DNA from: an uncultured Verrucomicrobiae bacterium
GTDB lineage: Bacteria > Verrucomicrobiota > Verrucomicrobiia > Chthoniobacterales > Chthoniobacteraceae
Direction of reading: 5' to 3'
Assembly (NCBI GenBank): GCA_963769025.1
Contig: CAVYKI010000009.1
Span: 576,001-640,000, forward strand
Length of the DNA: 64,000 nt
Shown here: piece by piece, positions 60,835 through 64,000 of the stretch
How the letters are laid out: each line of letters opens with the position of its first letter
Numbering within the stretch: position 1 is the stretch's first letter
The notes under the pieces: generated by a model
What the model saw: the letters and a program-made list of their open reading frames with translations, nothing else
Told to the model about the DNA's origin: nothing
The model's database searches: none
Program-made: the position numbers and the translations under genes

Positions 60835-62352
60835 TCACATTCCCGCTGGACGCATCGCGATGAGCGGCGCGCCGGTTTGATTTTTCGGCAATGGCTCGTC
60901 GTAGCTGCCTTCGATGCGCCATTCGTGCCGCACGCGCGCGAGGCGGTAGAGTCCGCCGTCCTCCATTTCCACGTCCCATTCCTCCGTGCCCCAGCGGTCG
61001 GATTCCCACCAGCCGCCAGACGCGCGATAAGGGCCGAGCACCGCGCGGATCGCTCCGCGCACTTTGGCGGATTCGAGATGAGCCGGATGATGCCCCAGCA
61101 TGCGCACGGTCGCGGTGAGCGGCGGACGCCAGCGGCGCAGCGCCAGGCCGGTGGCGAAGTCATCGGCGGGCGTCGTCGTGCTCGATAGTTCGTGAAAGCG
61201 CGGGGGGCGCAGGCGGATGCTGTCGGGGCGGTGGGTGTCGAGGACTTCGATGACGCCGACATTTTCCGCGCCGACCAATGCGGCGAGGCGGCCCAGCGTT
61301 TCGCCGAAGCGATTCGGGTCGCGGAGCGGGGTCTCGAAAAGCTGGAACTGCTGCCGCTCCGCGCGCGTCGGCGTGATGCACAGGCGCGCGCCGGTCGCGC
61401 AGTGATCGAGATGCAGGCCGTCGAGGTGCGTGTGGAGGATGCGGAAGAGCACGTCCACGTCGGCGGTGGGCGAGGGGACCGTGAACGCGCGCTCGTAGGC
61501 GCCGCCGTTTGCCAGCAGCAGCGTGAGCGTCATCTGCCCGGCGACGCGGTAGGCGTTGGCGAGGCGGAGCGTGAGTTGATCGAGGAAGCGGCGCAGGAGA
61601 AAAAGCAGCGGCTCGGCGGTGTCGATCTCGCGCTCGAAATCGAGGGCTTCGGAAAATTCCTCGGCGGTCCGTACGAGGCGCAACGGGCGCTCGGTCTGGC
61701 CGGCGGCGCGTTCCCACAGGCGGCCGGCTTCGGGACCGAGGCGATCCATCAGGTCGCCGCGCGGCAGGCTGGTGAGTTGCGCGAGATTGTGGATTCCCCA
61801 GTCGCGCAGCACGGCGAGCAGCTCCGGCGCGGGATCGAGTTCGTGCAAGGCGAGGTCGGAGAGGAAGGCCGCGGGGGATTGCACCACGAGCACGGGTCGC
61901 GCGCGGCGCGCGGCGAGAAAGGCGAGGTCGGGATTCGGGCCGATGCCGACCTGCGCGCGCAGCCGCAGCGATGCGAGGCCCGCCACGACGCTTGCGCCGA
62001 GCGACTGCCAGTCGGTCACGCTTGAGCCTTGCAGGTTCACGGTGCAAAAGCCGTCCGCCGTCGCCTCGATTTGCGGCGAGAGCGTCGCGGCGATTTCGAG
62101 CAGCGCGGCCTGTGCGCTACTTTCCTCCGCTGGCGAACGCGAGAGGAATGCCAGCCCGGCGCAGCGCGCGAGGGCCTGAGGCACGGTCTGCCCGGGCGTC
62201 ACGCCTGCGAGCGCGGCGGCTCCGGTCATTTCGAGCACGCCCGCCTTTGGCACCTGCGCGTCGGTGAGCGCCACGGGCTGCGCGTGCATTTCCTCGCGGA
62301 AACGCAACGCCGCCTGGAGACGGAAATCTGGCAGGAGAATCACCGCAAACAT
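60835..62352 (-). CDS. imuB: ImuB, inactive Y-family polymerase-like scaffold
   Basis: AALAGVTPGQT..QALARC, WGIHNLAQL, clamp-binding-like QFQLF and C-terminal GPYRASGGWW...EGSYD. Lies between imuA and dnaE2. Confidence 0.88.
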   Translation of the reverse strand: MFAVILLPDFRLQAALRFREEMHAQPVALTDAQVPKAGVLEMTGAAALAGVTPGQTVPQALARCAGLAFLSRSPAEESSAQAALLEIAATLSPQIEATADGFCTVNLQGSSVTDWQSLGASVVAGLASLRLRAQVGIGPNPDLAFLAARRARPVLVVQSPAAFLSDLALHELDPAPELLAVLRDWGIHNLAQLTSLPRGDLMDRLGPEAGRLWERAAGQTERPLRLVRTAEEFSEALDFEREIDTAEPLLFLLRRFLDQLTLRLANAYRVAGQMTLTLLLANGGAYERAFTVPSPTADVDVLFRILHTHLDGLHLDHCATGARLCITPTRAERQQFQLFETPLRDPNRFGETLGRLAALVGAENVGVIEVLDTHRPDSIRLRPPRFHELSSTTTPADDFATGLALRRWRPPLTATVRMLGHHPAHLESAKVRGAIRAVLGPYRASGGWWESDRWGTEEWDVEMEDGGLYRLARVRHEWRIEGSYDEPLPKNQTGAPLIAMRPAGM

Positions 62353-62361
62353 GGTGCATCC

Positions 62362-63054
62362 TCATGCGATCGCGGATTCGCATTCGCCTTCCAAAACCGG
62401 CGCATGACGGCCGGCCGTGCGCCTGGGAAAGACGCGCCACGATGCCGCCGCGATGAGTTCGCGCTGCCAGCGGTGTTGTGCGGCGAGCGTCCAGGCTGCA
62501 CCGGCGGTGATGCGCACCTGCGCGGCTTCCACCATCGGCTGCGGCGTGAGCACCACGAGGGCGGCGGTTGTCTGCTCCGCGATTCGTTGCAGACGGTGCC
62601 ATGTGTTGGCCGGGATGCGTTGAAGCTGGCGCAGGGGCGCGGCTTGGAGGTCGAGCATGACGAGCGCGAGGTTGCCGTCGCGGAGCAGCAGGTCCGTCGC
62701 CTTCACGGCCTGCATGGCGTCCCCGCAGAAGACGACGAGCAGGCGTGCGAGCGCGGACGAGTTTTCCGGATCGAAAGTGCGCGCGGCATCCACCAAGGCT
62801 GCGAAGCAATGCTCGCGGCACAGCGCGCGCAGCATCGCGCGGATGAACAGCGCGCCGGCACCCGATGCGGTGGAAAGCTCCGTGAGCGCTGCGCGGCGCA
62901 GGCCGCCTTCCGTTGCGTCCAGATCGGCGAGGCCGGTGGGCAGGATGCCGCCGGGCCTTTGCGCCATCGCGGGGAATTTTTCCGCGAGCAAGCGACGCAG
63001 GTCGGCGAGGCGTTCGCCCATCGGCGGCGGCGAATCAGGACTGCTTGCCGACAT
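62362..63054 (-). CDS. imuA: ImuA, RecA-like mutagenesis protein
   Basis: LPTGLADLDATEGGLRRAALTEL, ALVDAARTFDP and KATDLLLRDGN, with a degenerate Walker A. Cassette position fits. Confidence 0.82.
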   Translation of the reverse strand: MSASSPDSPPPMGERLADLRRLLAEKFPAMAQRPGGILPTGLADLDATEGGLRRAALTELSTASGAGALFIRAMLRALCREHCFAALVDAARTFDPENSSALARLLVVFCGDAMQAVKATDLLLRDGNLALVMLDLQAAPLRQLQRIPANTWHRLQRIAEQTTAALVVLTPQPMVEAAQVRITAGAAWTLAAQHRWQRELIAAASWRVFPRRTAGRHAPVLEGECESAIA

Positions 63055-63685
63055 GACGCACGACTCCTTTCAGCAACCCGGCGAAATGCACCTGCTCCGC
63101 GGGCATGAGGATGTCCTTGAAGGCCGGATTCGACGCCTTCAGGCGCACGCGTTTGCCTTCGTAAAAAACGCGTTTCAGCGTGGCCTCGCGATCGTCGCCG
63201 ACGCACACCGCGGCGATTGCGCCGTGCGGCACCTTTGCATCCGGACGCAGCAGCACGAAATCGCCATCGAGGATGCCGTCGCCGGTCATCGAGTCGCCGC
63301 GCACGCGGAGGAGAAAATCATCGCGCCGGTGCGGCAGGATTTCATGCGCGTCGAGGACCGTGTCGGCCTGCGCGACGGCTTCCGAGAGCGGGCCGGCGGG
63401 GATCGTTCCGAGCAGGGGCAGGCCGCCGATGCCGAGCACGTGGCGGCCTTTTGCGGTGAGCCGCACGAGCCTCGAACGCCCCGGCACGCCGCCGCCCTGA
63501 ATCTCCACGAAGCCGCCGCGCTCCATTTTTTGCAGGGTCGGCGCGAGGCTGCTCTCGCCGGCCAGGCGCAGCGCCTTTGCCAGGTCCGGCACGAAGGCGG
63601 GGCGCTCCTTGCGCGCAAAGTCGGCCAGCGCGAGAGCGACGCGCTGCTGGACTGCGGTGAGGTCGGTGCTGATGGGTCGTGCCAT
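63035..63685 (-). CDS. lexA: LexA repressor heading the imuA-imuB-dnaE2 cassette
   Basis: N-terminal wHTH, LPLLGTIPAG (Ala-Gly cleavage site), RVRGDSM (Ser) and ATLKR (Lys). ATG at 63685. The ORF-track extension to 63874 is unlikely. Confidence 0.88.
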   Translation of the reverse strand: MARPISTDLTAVQQRVALALADFARKERPAFVPDLAKALRLAGESSLAPTLQKMERGGFVEIQGGGVPGRSRLVRLTAKGRHVLGIGGLPLLGTIPAGPLSEAVAQADTVLDAHEILPHRRDDFLLRVRGDSMTGDGILDGDFVLLRPDAKVPHGAIAAVCVGDDREATLKRVFYEGKRVRLKASNPAFKDILMPAEQVHFAGLLKGVVRHVGKQS

Positions 63686-63710
63686 TCCATCGTGCAATAG
63701 CACGATGGAA
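63685..63710. promoter_or_regulatory. Perfect palindrome abutting the lexA start, candidate LexA operator
   Basis: TTCCATCGTGC-AATA-GCACGATGGAA (11-4-11). Overlaps a possible minus-strand promoter TTGCCG-N17-TATTGC. Confidence 0.65.
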
Positions 63711-63915
63711 AGAAGACGGCAAGTTTCATCCCTCCGGCGGGGAGACCACGGGCATGATTTTAAGCGAGTCCGAAACTTAAGAGCCGGCAAGCCGGTCCGC
63801 GTCGCCCCAAAGCCGGTCGCCGTTTCGGCAAGCTCAAGCTCCCCGAGCCCAGCCGAAGGGAAAGCCAGCGACAAGGCAGTCCGTCGCGCAGTTTACGATT
63901 CGATCGCAAGCCTGG

Positions 63916-63943
63916 TTGAAAAATTGCGATCTCATCCTAGAAT
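63916..63943 (+). promoter_or_regulatory. Sigma70-like promoter facing out of the window
   Basis: TTGAAA-N16-TAGAAT in an AT-richer patch, divergent from lexA. Confidence 0.45.
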
Positions 63944-64000
63944 TTGGGTGTTCGCCCCAAAATGGTCCCCCGTTTTCCACAGACCGAGGCGCTTTTGTGC

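Overview
High-GC bacterial window, most likely Verrucomicrobiota (Chthoniobacterales-like), inferred from a Verru_Chthon pilin-like cassette and two PEP-CTERM proteins. Left to right: a truncated ceramidase-like gene, metF, a TlpA thioredoxin, OsmC, a lipoprotein, a GT2 plus two GT-C glycosyltransferases, a three-gene Verru_Chthon cassette (B-C-A, no D), a methyltransferase, a PfkB kinase and a 5908-aa PEP-CTERM protein with autotransporter-type repeats. Then come a secreted HEAT-like/PQQ-propeller/FAD-oxidoreductase operon, a LamG PEP-CTERM protein, a putative glycoside hydrolase, a six-gene cNMP-patatin/CoA-ligase/fadA/fadB/fadE/GDPD lipid-catabolism operon, an HPF plus APH-AAA pair, a ricin-esterase-lactonase fusion and a lexA-imuA-imuB-dnaE2 cassette. 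The best candidates for new biology are: (i) the giant barrel-less PEP-CTERM protein, whose ~15 small beta modules are inserted inside PATR repeats and inside one another, next to a dedicated pseudopilin cassette; (ii) a perfect 26-bp palindrome (core CGTGC-N4-GCACG) at the start of a lexA with a divergent recognition helix; (iii) a phospholipid-to-beta-oxidation operon headed by a cyclic-nucleotide-binding patatin. Several genes carry patchy single-base frameshifts that look like long-read errors. No rRNA, tRNA, CRISPR array or transposase was seen. All family calls come from motif recognition by eye, not from database searches.
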